Translations under genes and position numbers: made by a program
The notes under the pieces: generated by a model
Database searches by the model: none
The model's input: only the letters and a program-made list of their open reading frames with translations
What the model was told of the DNA's origin: nothing
Assembly: GCF_000400465.1 (NCBI RefSeq)
Contig: NW_008806285.1
Span: forward strand, 240,001 to 272,000
Length of the DNA stretch: 32,000 nt
Direction: 5' to 3'
Source: Wallemia ichthyophaga EXF-994
Taxonomy: Eukaryota; Fungi; Basidiomycota
Shown: in pieces, positions 10,651 to 22,026 of the stretch
Layout: every line of letters begins with the position of its first letter
Position numbering within the stretch: position 1 is the stretch's first letter

Positions 10651-11392
10651 TTAGCTGTGAATGATTTCCCCTCTGTTGTTTTCGACTTTGCTAAAGTACT
10701 GGGGTGACAATGTGTTTTCTATTCCACTTGTGAGTATAACACCGTTCAAGGATTTGTACAGTTTGATGTCATCTGGGTGGGAGTGAGTTTAAGTGTACAT
10801 CGCAGCAAGCAACAAACCTCTAAGAACTTTGCCAACGTCAACGTATATGAAGACTGTCGAAGAATTACGCATTCCGCTCACAACTCCGGCCTCTTTGGGC
10901 ATACCAGCAGCCAGATGAATGTACTGCCTCCCCATTGTCTTGAGGCCACTGACCTTTATGCTACTCCAAGCATCATCGTTTGTGCCGTGTATCACGACAG
11001 GTGCCTCATCTGTGCTCAATATCTGAGATAACTCCAACTGTGTCGTGTCTAAGGAGTGGCCCTGAACGGCCCTTATAAACCAAACACCAGACTCTGACAC
11101 CAGCTGGTAACGCTTTTTGTCGTTGTTCAAGACTAGTTGCTGCAACAGCTCGAAATCCAGTCCGCGCAATTTAGGCCTGCTTAGCTGTAAAGACTAATTA
11201 GAACGGACGGCTGGATGCGCACCACCCACGCACCAAATCATCCACCCTGATAAAGCCATCATTTCTCATTTCCAGTCCCTCCTTGATGGCACCATGCCTC
11301 AGAATATACGACAGCGTTTTCGAGTAGCGCACTTCTGGGGAATCTGTGGGCCTGCCTCTAGCGTTCTTTGGTGGCTGCTTTGGGTCCATCAT
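10651..11392 (-). CDS. TPT1: tRNA 2'-phosphotransferase (Tpt1/KptA), ~215 aa, 3 exons
   Basis: SKTLSYILRHGA, KKRY, IRAVQGHS, HGT, MGRQYIHLA, SGMR and SLNGVILT motifs; exons 11392-11234, 11184-10818, 10772-10651. Confidence 0.95.
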
Positions 11393-11471
11393 ATCATTTA
11401 ATTTTCTGAAGTTTTTACGTCGAGCCCCGCCTTCGCTTGCTTCTTCAAAGGTCTTTTAGGATATAATCAGG

Positions 11472-12135
11472 ATGAGCGTAAGATCTAAAATTTAAGCAGT
11501 AGGCGTAGTACTGAGAAATGCAATCAGTTAAGATTATTCAACCCACGCGTTATCAGCCGAGCTGCACTGCCGTAAGACGAGCCACAGCTGGCTTCTCTTT
11601 TCAATTAACCTCAGTTTTAGTTCAACAAGCCGCACTTTTATTCCTTCAATACGTAGACTGCAGGACTCTAGCAGCGATGCACCCGCCAACCCAAAGCTCG
11701 AGTCGATCGTCGATCAAATAGCATCACTTAACTTGGTTGAAGCTGCTGATTTGGCTCAATTGTTGAAGGTACATGGCTGTGCCTACAATTTTACGCCTAC
11801 TAACACCCAAGCAGACCAAATTGAACATCCAAGACGTCGCCATGCCTGCTGTTGCCGCTGCACCTGCTGCCTCTGCCGACGCCGCTGCTGAGGCCGAAGA
11901 GGACAAGCCAAAGGAGAAGACTATATTCTCAGTCAAGCTGGAATCTATTGATCAGACCGCTAAAGCAAAGGTTATCAAGGAAGTCAAGGCTTTGAATCCA
12001 ACCATGAACTTGGTCGAGGCAAAGAAGTTCGTTGAAAGCGCACCACAAGTTCTTAAGGAGGGTTTGACAAAGGAGGATGCTGAGAAGCTTCAAAAGGCAC
12101 TTGAAGCCGCAGGTGCAAAGATTGTCCTTGAGTAG
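11472..12135 (+). CDS. MRPL12: Mitochondrial ribosomal protein bL12m (L7/L12), 174 aa, 4 exons
   Basis: Exons 11472-11477, 11528-11571, 11615-11768, 11815-12135; Arg/Ser-rich presequence MSLRLFNPRVISRAALPFSSTSR; IVDQIASLNLVEAADL dimerisation helix; KAKVIKEVK..NLVEAKKFVESAP..AEKLQKALEAAGAKIVLE C-terminal domain. Confidence 0.93.
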
Positions 12136-12185
12136 ACAATAAGTAGACAATGTATAAATTTCATTTCCTTCTTACTATTACTACA

Positions 12186-14003
12186 TTACTTCTCTTTAGC
12201 CACCTCTCTCACGCTCTCTTTGAATATTTTACATCCCAGCTCCATTTCGTCCTTTGTGATGGTCAGTGGTGGGATGAATCTGATAACATCAAATGCAGAT
12301 GTCGTGAGCAGCATCAGTCCCTTTTCCAAGCACCTCTTCTGCACTCTGCCGCCGACGTTGTTTGGTGTCGCATTGCTTATGCTAGCATTTGGGATTGGAT
12401 GCTTTGATGAGCTGACAAACTCGACGCCGATCATCAAACCCAATCCACGGACTTTTTAGGTATTTAAATAAGCGCGTTGAGTGAGAATCTTACTCACCAT
12501 CAGCAAACAAGTGCTTTGTCTCACTATCAGTCTGCAGTTCCTTCAAAGCAGCCAGCAACTCAGCTGAACGAGCCTTCACGTTGTCGAGTATCTTCTCTTC
12601 TCTCATGATGTTAGCACACTCAACTCCAGCTGCACATGAGATGGCGTTTCCTGAGTATGTTCCACCCAATGAACCCTGTAGCGTGTGTCAGAGTCAGCCT
12701 ATTGCACTGATTCGATGAGACACACCTTTGGCATTTTGTCGGTAAGCTCCTTGCGAGTCACAACGCCTGAGAGCGGGAAGCCGTTTGCAATTCCCTTGGC
12801 TATGACGAGGATATCTGGACGGACACCGGAGTACTCTGAGGCAAAGTATTTACCAGTACGACCGAAACCACTCTGCACTTCGTCACTGATAGTATTGTGA
12901 GCATACTTTTACTGTGTACTGCGAATACGCACATGATAAGCATGATATTGTTATCGTCGCAAATTTGACGCAGACCATGGAGATATGAAGAAGGAGCTGG
13001 GACGTAGCCTCTGTAAAGCATTATAATGAGCTTGTGTTGTGATGTAACTCTCGAAAACTCACCCCTCTCCAATGACCGGCTCGAGAATAATAGCAGCGGT
13101 ATCAGCAGGCGCGCTCTGCTGGGCAAGGAGCATCTCGAGCTGGAATAGACATTGCTTGACAAGTTCGTCTTCGGGTGTGGATTGTGGGAGACCCATTTGG
13201 TGTGCGTAAGGGAATGGTGTTGCGAAAATACCAGGCTGCGTGGTCTCAGTGAGGTACATCTCGTGTTAGACGACGCAAACTCACCATGCCGTGGCCAACT
13301 TGCTCTGCATAGATGGTCTTGGACTTGGTAAGTGCGGATGCACCGTACGTACGTCTGTCGAGTGTTAGATAAGTAACCAGCTGCATTCGACCAACACACC
13401 CGTGATAAGATCCTTGCATACAGATAATGTTGCCGTGCGTCTTTCCAGACGACTTTCTTGCGATCTTGACTGCATTTTCTACAGCTTCACTGCCAGAGTT
13501 GAGCTTGAGAAATATGAGCTCATTGAAGAGATAAGAAGCGGCGACTAACGAAGAAGAATGAGTCGAGCGAAGGATGTGGCATGACTGGGAGTAATTTCTC
13601 AATGAGCTGTACACTAGCGCAGCGTTAGAGGTGAAGCTGTTGCCGTCAGTACCGGCAAACCCACTATGGACGGTGGAATCCAATGCTGCACTGGCCGTGT
13701 ACGAGCGTGGCTACCTGCTCTTGTGCAGCCTTGGTGACACGTGGGTGGCAGTGGCCGAGGTTCGTCACGCCTGATATCACATTAAGTGGGCGAACGATAA
13801 GATAAGACAGACGCACCAATACCACAGGTAAAGTCGAGATACTTGGTCTCATTCTGGGCCACATCGTCAGCGCCACTATACCATTTATGCCGCTAACATA
13901 CAGTGTGAAGCCAGCTGCCTTCTCCCTTCTCAATCATATGGTCTTTAATACGGCCACAGCCGCTGGCAACATGCTTTTGTCCAGTTTTAATCAAATCAGT
14001 CAT
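12186..14003 (-). CDS. Class-III PLP-dependent aminotransferase (4-aminobutyrate/acetylornithine transaminase-like), 11 exons
   Basis: After removing ten short GT-AG introns: [70 protein letters not shown] (PLP lysine), [26 protein letters not shown]. Substrate cannot be fixed from sequence alone. Confidence 0.93.
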
Positions 14004-14100
14004 CGTTTCTGTTCAACACTCAAATCCTTGCGTGGTTCTTATTGCCTTCTAAGCGAGCAAATTAAGCGATGAGCCTGATTTACTAGCTTAGCGATACATC

Positions 14101-14122
14101 TTACCGATAAATTTACCGATAG
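14101..14122 (+). promoter_or_regulatory. Tandem TTACCGATA repeat giving two HGATAR (GATA-factor) sites upstream of the aminotransferase
   Basis: CGATAA 14105-14110 and CGATAG 14117-14122, 12 bp apart, about 100 bp upstream of the ATG at 14003. Confidence 0.35.
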
Positions 14123-14449
14123 GGCAGTAGTGATGATGTTAAATATCCGCTGGAACTATTCACGTGTACAAGAGCCGCGAGTGACTGTTTGTTGTGGTAA
14201 CCGGAGAAGCCATCCTCCTTCTTTTCTTATGTTGCATAGTAAATCTTACAGATGCTTATTAGAGTTTATATACCTTCCCTATCACTCCTCCCAATCTTCC
14301 TGATTTGAGCTTGCGTCAAAAATTGCGTCGGTCAAGACTTGGCTTCAGCGAGATGGCGTCGACCAAGTGATGCACGACTATGATCTTATTATTTATATTG
14401 TACTCTTAACATTTAAATACATTCGTTAGCTTTTATTTTACAACCAAGT

Positions 14450-17400
14450 TTATATATGATGTTTGTTGCTCGAGCGTATACTCTGTCCTAGCTTGCTGTC
14501 TTTGAAGTTCCATTCTTTGTCTATCTTCAGAAAGTCATCTTCAAGCAACTGTGATGCTGTTGGCCGCTCGCGCGGTTCAGCCTTGAAGCACGTGTCCTTG
14601 AATCTCACAGCGCTCTCACTCATCTTGATGCTCTCTTTAACTGGGGGTGCTGATCGTTTTTGTCCAACCTAAAAGGGTTAAACGAGTACTGAATGTCATG
14701 TTCAACTCACCTCCATCACTATCTGCACCATCGTCATCTTGGGCCATGGTCTTTCAGCCGTAAACATTTCCAGGAAAACACATCCCAAACTCCATATGTC
14801 GCACTTAGCTGAGTACCCAGTCATTCCAACTGAGTCTATTACTTCAGGCTGCACTGACATTAGCATTACGCTCGGATAATTATCACTTATCACTCACAGC
14901 CATCCAGTAGAAGGTCCCCTTCATGTTAGTGGCTCCGGCATTTGTACCATACGCATCAGAATCTGTTTATTTGTCAATCCTGCAATACACTACACTCGCC
15001 ACTCACCAGCAGCTTTAGAAACACCAAAGTCGGAAATTTTGCAGTTGCCCTCGAAATCGACGAGCAAATTATCCGCTTTGAGATCCCTGTGCCACACACC
15101 GCTATCATGAAGGTAAACTAGACCGTCCAACACCTGCTTCATGAAGAATCTAACCAAATTTTCTTCAAACGGACCGTGTCTCCTAAGACAGCGCATAACA
15201 GAGCCACCAGGAACATATTCAAGGAAGCTGTGCGAGGGGAGTTGGTTATAATAAAGCATTTCAACTACATTTACTCACATTGAAAAGTACTTTTCCGTTC
15301 TCTCGAAGCCTAAATAACTGACGATTCGATCATGATCGAGATCCTTGAGCAACTCAATCTCATACTTAATACTATCAACTAATTTGTTATCACCATCGTT
15401 TTCTTCTTCAGAATGAGCAGTCAAAGCAACCTGCTTTACAGCTAGCGGTTCACCAGTGTTGGCGTTGAGTGCCAGATACACATGACCGAACGATCCTTTC
15501 CCGATAAGGTCACCTTTGACCCACTTTATCGTAGATGGCTCATCTGTTACCGGTGAGAGGATATGATATTCTTTTTCCCTTTCATTCGGCTGGACCTGCA
15601 CAACTTTATTACCCCAGAACACCGTCGAGCGACGCCTCAACCCGTTCTTATCGTCTGCACTGTGTGCCTTTCTAATTGGAATGTTCTGATCTGGATTTGC
15701 TAAGTTTTCCTCTGAACTTAGCATCTTCTGCTCTTTCTGCTCTAAAGTTGGTTGCTCCAATTGGCTCTGATCTGTCTCATCTTCTCTTTGCCTGTATTTG
15801 GCGTTGGCATCTTGGAGATCTTTCATGGTATCTTCTCTCGCAATCTCAGCTGGTTCTTCATAGATAACTGATGAACGGTCGTTCGATTGATAGGAAGCGT
15901 CATCACCGACCCTGAACGACCTCGCTCTGTCCAATGCTTTGCGATGATCTTGAGCTACGTGTCTAATAGTTCTCGTCCTACGCATTCTCGAAGGAAGAGC
16001 TGTATGGCTAACGTTCTTGGGTATTTCTTTCTCCTTGACATTCTCGTTTTTCTCGTTATTTTGATTATTCTCACGCTTAGTGTTGTTTTTCTCATTTGTT
16101 GGTGAAAATTGCATCCTTGACTCCAATGTAGCACTTTCATCACCATTGTTCGACACTATAGGTCTGTCTAGATCATGTCCAGGGAAATACAGCTCCAAAT
16201 TATCAATCAAATCTTCCGGATTAGGTCTGAACAGAGCATTCTCATTTCGTTTGTCCCGAATACTTGAACCTCTATTCAATCTCCTTCTGTTCAGCAAGTG
16301 AGGTGATATTTTATTCGAACGCAATTGAGTTTGGGCAGGTGAACCTGAATCAGAAGCTGAAGTTGCAGTCGCTGTTGTAGTCTGCGGTTCGGAAGTAATT
16401 GTATTATTTTCTGGTATAATTAATTGTAATTTTCTTTTGTCTTGCTTTGAGGCATGAGTATCAGATCCACTAAGATACTCCGTGGTCGATTTAGGAGGCC
16501 TTTGCCAAGTAGCCACTCCTTCATCATCACTGTAGCTCTCTTCATTTTTATCATCTTTAATTGTTTCCGATGACAATGACTTTTGCGGCTGCTCATCTAC
16601 TATACTCCCTCTGCCAGGTATGATGGTTGCCATTTCTGGCGAAGTTGGTGTGACATTATGCCATGATTTCGTTGCAGTGTTTTGCTGATCCGCAGGCTTA
16701 ATCTTCCAGCCAAACTCATCGTCGTCATCATCAGTTGCTGATGAATAGTCCTCACCTGATGCCATCATACCATTGTCTGACTCAGCGCCATCAGGCTGTC
16801 TAGCGTGCGTGTTCGTTCCATCATCCAGTAAAAACTCCTGATCATCTTCAGCCGTAAACCTATCCTGACTATTCAAATCTGACGCTGGAGTCAACGGATC
16901 AACACTCGCTGTAGAAGACCTATTGGAAGATGAAGTGTGCTCATCAGGTATACTAGATACAGAGCTGTGCTGGTTGTGTTGGTGTGGTCTAGTATGCGAT
17001 GAGTTAGTTACAGACTGCGGCGAGATTGCATCGTTGGTTGGAATGTTCCCGTTCGCAGAAGGTGAAAAAAGTAATGTAGATTCCTCGCGTCCAAATCTAT
17101 CAATTGTAAAATCGTCATACTTGGCGTAAAAACCTTGATTTCCAGGTTTTGGCGTCGGCATGTTAGAAGGTTGTGGCATGCCGTCACTGGATACTGGCGT
17201 TACAAGTGTTGAGCGCGATTGCTGGTCTGAGGTTGGGCTTTGGTGCTTCGATGGAAGACTGCTGGTGCTCCACCCCGGTGATGCCAGTCTAGCTGAGTTT
17301 GGTGGGGATGCGTATGGTGGGGATGCGTATGGTGGGGATACGTATGGCTGTTGAGGGGGTGCGTTGTTCCTATACTGCTGCTGGTCGATTTGCTGATTCA

Positions 17401-18873
17401 TTCGGTACATCCAATTGAGCTCCTCTTCAGAATAAGGCCTTGAAGGTGGTTTGGCGGTACTAGATGAGGGTGACGTTGGCATCACATAGGGAGAGTCGGG
17501 GGGAGGTGGATGCGAAGGGTGGTTGACTAGGGTCTGCTGGTGCACTGGAAATGGGCTAGGTTGCACCTGACGAGAAGGTATCTTAATATTCGACTGAGAA
17601 TAAGTTTTTGGAGGCAGCGGTTTCATTTGAGTACCTGGCGATGTCACTTGTGGCTGAGGTGGAGCGTATACTTGTGCACCACCTTGCCTATGTTTGACAT
17701 AATTCGCTGGTATATTTGGTGGTACGGCAGGATAAACCGCAGGATTGTCCGAGTGATGGTAGCCGTCATACATATTAGAAATACTCCTTGCGCCTTGCAA
17801 TGGTTTTCGGTTGTGAGTAGTTGGTGGCACGCCAAGACTAGGAACTGGCATTTGCAACTGACGCTGAGTGGGATATGGGTGGTTATAGGGTTGTTGAGTT
17901 GATGGAGGTGGTCTTGAGCTCCACGAAGGCGAAGCCATTGCTGGGTATGGTGAATGTCGGGTTGATTTTTGTAAGCTTCTGTGATCTGCGGTATACGAAG
18001 ACAACGGTTTCCTATCAGTGTGCTGTTGCTGCTGTTGCACTCTCTCACGCTCCCTTAGAAGTAACAATCTTTCACGTTCCCTGTTTCTCCTGCGAACCAG
18101 GTCCACTTCGGAGCGAGGCATTTCACTACCGGCGACCTGTTCCGCCCATTGTCGCTGCTGACGCTCTATCTGTCTATTTTGCACCTCGCGTGCACGCTCG
18201 TCCTCAATCCGTAGATCCTCCTGTAGCTTCTGTGCTAACTCATGATCGCGCTGCTCTTGCTCGAATTTCGACATAAGGACATGCTGCTCTTGTTCTACAG
18301 ATGAGGAGGACATCGGTACACCGAAATTGTCAAGTCTAGTTCCAGTGCTGACGCTGCGTGAAGGCGCTGTGCCTCGGCTGCTCGGTCTTGGCTGTCTGCC
18401 AGGTCTCAAACTGAGCGGCAAGTTGAAATCAGTGTTGGTAACAGCTTGTGGACGCTCTACCTTGACTAGAATATGCGCGAGTACGTTTTGGGTTGAGTTC
18501 CTGGACGTCTGAGTGTTCAAAATTGCGTCCAATTCGCGATTGGAGATGGCTTTGGGAGAGGTCTGGCGAAGGAATAGATCTGTGAGGTAGAAATTGCAAT
18601 ATGGGTAGTCGTCTTCGTAGATAGGCAGCTGCGCTTTGAGATTAGCGCTAGTTGAACGTACACAGCGAGACTCACACAAGTAAGCACTGAGACTCTAGCT
18701 CTGTTGTAGCTGAACACGTTGCTGACGTCTACTGGATTCCAGCTGCCACCAACGATAGATACCATCAGGATTCTGATCTCTGCGGGATTGTCGAGTGACG
18801 CCTTGTGCTTGTGGTAGCTCATTTGCTTGTGGTGATTCGCGCTTTCGTCACTGTTTACTCTGAAATGTTTCAT
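14450..18873 (-). CDS. BCK1: MAP kinase kinase kinase of the cell-wall-integrity pathway (Bck1/Mkh1)
   Basis: Kinase domain WVKGDLIGKGSFGHVYLALN..AVKQV, HRDLKADNLLVD, KISDFGVSK, MKGTFYWMAPE, GYSAKCDIWSLGC; Bck1-type pre-kinase blocks PNPEDLIDNLELYFPGHDLDRPI and RRRSTVFWG. One 5' intron (18675-18629) and four introns in the kinase domain. The start at 18873 is the most likely, not certain. Confidence 0.92.
17301..17345 (-). repeat. 15-bp coding tandem repeat x3 (YVSPP-YASPP-YASPP) in BCK1
   Basis: Plus strand GGTGGGGATGCGTAT x2 followed by GGTGGGGATACGTAT. Confidence 0.85.
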
Positions 18874-18949
18874 CTATTCCCACTATCTCAGCATCAACGT
18901 CGTCTGCAAGAGATAGGCTGAGCACACAAAATAAATTTTATAAGCAAAA

Positions 18950-20143
18950 CTAATTATCTCTATTCCTGGCAGCTACGAATCTCTTAAGTACAACCTCCTT
19001 CACTCTATACTCGGCCAGCAGTTTAGCCGGGTCATCGAGGTTGCGAACCTTTTCTTGGGATGGTATTTGCACGTACGCGAGAATTAAAGTCTTTTTAGCT
19101 TGTCCATTCACCCTATTTATGGTGTTGAGCCACTGCCAGCTGAGCTTGTCCGAATTGTGCAGGTCAAATGGACTCGACTCTTTGTCTCGTTGATCCTCGT
19201 ATGTTGGACAAATGACGACAGCAAATTCTGCGTGGTGGAAGACTGGGCCACGCTTATAGAGCACAATGTCTACGCAGAACTTGATACCACTCTTTATCAC
19301 CCATCCTAGCGATCTGTAGTAGTGATAGATGGCATAATTGACTAGGAATGGGTTATCGAGGCGCTGCAGGCAAGTGTCTCTTGAATCCGGAGCGTTTTGA
19401 AGGAACATTGAAGCTAGTCTGCACTCCTTCCAGAGCTGATTGATGGGTATCACCGCGTCCGTGTATGGATCCACAATCTTCAGACAGCCAATCCCCCAAG
19501 CCAAGAAAAAGGCCTCTGGAAGAGTGAGTTGGAGATGCTCAGCATTGGACAAATCTTGTTGTTCTTCTTGTGTATCAGGCTCTAGAGGTTCCCACTTCGG
19601 TGGACTAGACGGCTCAATCGGATTAGAGCTTTTTTCATTTAAAGGCAGGTTATCGTTGTCATCTGCAGGCATTGGTGGAGACAGTTTTATACTATCAGAG
19701 CCCTCCAAAGCAGCCTCAGCGGCCAACTGAGCTTCAGATAAGACCTTTGCTCTTTCAATCTTCATTTTGTTCCTCTCTATACGTCTCTTGGAGGTAATTT
19801 CTTCAGCAGTTGGCTGTGGTTTGTCACCAACGGCCAATTTACGCTGACGGTCATTCCAAGTTGGCTCAGAGCGGCTAAGTGAACCTTTGCCAAAGAATCC
19901 TCTAGTCCAGAGCACTCTGACGTCTCTCTCGTTGATAACCCACACGGATTGGGTTTGCTTGATGTACACGCCCACGCATTGCGGATTAATTAGCGATTTC
20001 TGTCCAAATCTACTCAAACCGGCCAAGAAAGTCGACGGCCTCTGATCGATGAGAACTGGGAGTGGATTGGCGTATATTCTATTCTGATGCTGTTTTATTC
20101 TTTTATGCGCTGTATTGTTTCTTGGTGGTGGATTTGCAGCCAT
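18950..20143 (-). CDS. SEN2: tRNA-splicing endonuclease catalytic subunit Sen2, ~397 aa, intronless
   Basis: LWTRGFFGKGSLSRSEPTW, EHLQLTLPEAFFL, YHYYRSLGWVIKSGIKFCVDIVLYKRGPVFHHAEFA and KKTLIL (Tyr/His/Lys triad present); first in-frame ATG at 20143. Confidence 0.95.
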   Translation of the reverse strand: MAANPPPRNNTAHKRIKQHQNRIYANPLPVLIDQRPSTFLAGLSRFGQKSLINPQCVGVYIKQTQSVWVINERDVRVLWTRGFFGKGSLSRSEPTWNDRQRKLAVGDKPQPTAEEITSKRRIERNKMKIERAKVLSEAQLAAEAALEGSDSIKLSPPMPADDNDNLPLNEKSSNPIEPSSPPKWEPLEPDTQEEQQDLSNAEHLQLTLPEAFFLAWGIGCLKIVDPYTDAVIPINQLWKECRLASMFLQNAPDSRDTCLQRLDNPFLVNYAIYHYYRSLGWVIKSGIKFCVDIVLYKRGPVFHHAEFAVVICPTYEDQRDKESSPFDLHNSDKLSWQWLNTINRVNGQAKKTLILAYVQIPSQEKVRNLDDPAKLLAEYRVKEVVLKRFVAARNRDN

Positions 20144-20196
20144 TGTGATGGCGTCGTGGCTGTTTGGGTAGAAGCGATCGTTAAGAGTTATCAACC

Positions 20197-21099
20197 ATGT
20201 CTTCTCTGTGTGAGTCTATGCTACCAGCGTACATCACAAGCATTTCTAATTCCTGGTACAGCTTCAGCGCCACCAAAATTACTAGCGCTGTACATAACAG
20301 TACCAATTGTTAGTTGTACCTTGGGTGATGATCTGATGATCTGCGCGAAATACTGACGCTACCACAAAGCTCGCATTCGGTATGGGATATTTGCTAGGCA
20401 GACCAAGTGGATCACAGCTGCGCACAACTACCGATTCGGAGGAAGAAGACAGTGACGATGAACCTCAGGAGGGGCTTGGATCGGTGAAGCCGAGTATTTT
20501 AGAGCCATGCAAGATGGTCAGTGGTGTTTTTATTATCGTTACTCCCTTTAACGTGATAATGCGACACAAAAGGTTTTAGTCGTTAGAACTGATTTAGGTA
20601 TGACCAAAGGCAAAATAGCAGCGCAATGCAGGTGAGATCGGATTATGAAGCTCGTTATATGCTTACATATCCAGCCACGCCACTTTGGCTTGCTACAAGG
20701 CACTCCAGCAGTCAAATCCAGCCGTAAGTGTGTTCTGAGGCGGCTGCAACGACCTGACAATCTAAAGCTGCTTCGTCACTGGGAGCGTACTGGGTGAGTT
20801 TGGAATATCTCTTGGCACTCCCAACTTGCTTAGATGACGATACAGCCAAGCAAAGATAACAGTACAAGCAAAGTCAGAAGAGGAGCTTATGATACTGCAA
20901 GCACAAGCACAGTCTGTGAATGTATGTGCAAAGACCATTCAGGATGCGTGAGTGCTTTGTTTATCGCGGTGATTGGTGGCTCACTAAGCACCACAGTGGG
21001 CGCACACAGATAGAAGCCGGATCAACTACAGTGCTAGGCGTTGGACCAGCACCTGTAGATCTTGTCAACGTGGTGACTTCCGAGCAGAAGCTGTTGTAG
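20197..21099 (+). CDS. PTH2: Peptidyl-tRNA hydrolase 2, 8 exons
   Basis: After seven short introns (starting 20210, 20309, 20517 and four more): N-terminal TM LALYITVPILAFGMGYLLG, then [58 protein letters not shown]..KLL*. Confidence 0.95.
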
Positions 21100-21236
21100 A
21101 ATGACCAAATGTGTTTTGTAAATCTTCCAAAGGAAAAGAAAGCAGCCAACAAATGCCAAGGATCAAATGGATGAAACTGAGTTTACAATCATGTACGTAA
21201 GTTGAGTAGATCGAAACCTGAGAAACGACGCTAAGT

Positions 21237-21622
21237 TTAATCAGCGTGAACATCACGGAGACGACGGATGGTGCTGTGAAAATGGTTAGCATATCATTGG
21301 AATCACTTAAGATCACTCCACCCACCTACGGACAGTGGTTGCTGCTGGAGTAGCCAAAGCATAGGCACCACCTGCAATAACCTTACGACAGGCCTTACAG
21401 TTCCAGATACCGGTAGCGGTACGCTTTACTGAATCTTTACCACAGAAGGTGCATGTGTAACGTGCGTGCTGTGAGATTTCCATCTTTTTTACTTGCTTAC
21501 GCAAGGAAGCACCATAGCGGACACCGTATTTTCCTGTGACACCGACCTTACGAGTACCTGTGGGCGTATACGATTTGAGTGGTTGCACTTAATTTAAATA
21601 TATTTCACTAACGCTTGACCAT
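21237..21622 (-). CDS. RPL43: 60S ribosomal protein eL43 (L37a), 92 aa, 3 exons
   Basis: [26 protein letters not shown]-x2-C zinc knuckle CTFCGK..WNCKAC, TVRSTIRRLR; exons 21622-21613, 21557-21326, 21273-21237. Confidence 0.98.
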
Positions 21623-22026
21623 TTTTGGAACCTGTGTGTACTTGAAAGACGAGTGCCCAATTCGAAATTTTACACTGAATGCGAGGATTTTTCGCAATAT
21701 AAAATTACCAAGAAAGTGCTGAAAAGGGAGCATCAAGGGGTTTTTAGGGGCGCTTGAGGTGCTTGGGATGGTCTACAGTCCACTCCAGCTGTCTTCTCTG
21801 TTGAAGTTTGTGACGTTGATTGAAGATTTGAACCTAGGCTAGAGCGCAGAAGGACAACTATATTGTGATATACGCGTCATGCTCCTTACTACACACATTC
21901 CCTTTGACTCCCTTGAAATTAAAAATTTTAGACAGATTTTAGCGGATTCTCGCATCTTGTCCTTCACGCTTAACGTCGACGAGATTTAAACCGCTTTACT
22001 TCAATAAAAGTAACTGCAATCTCACA

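Noticed and set aside
20325-20357. Repeated TGATGA and CTGA motifs in PTH2 intron 2
   Set aside because: The intron is only 61 nt, too short for a snoRNA, and there is no guide or stem; it is a simple TGATGATC duplication.
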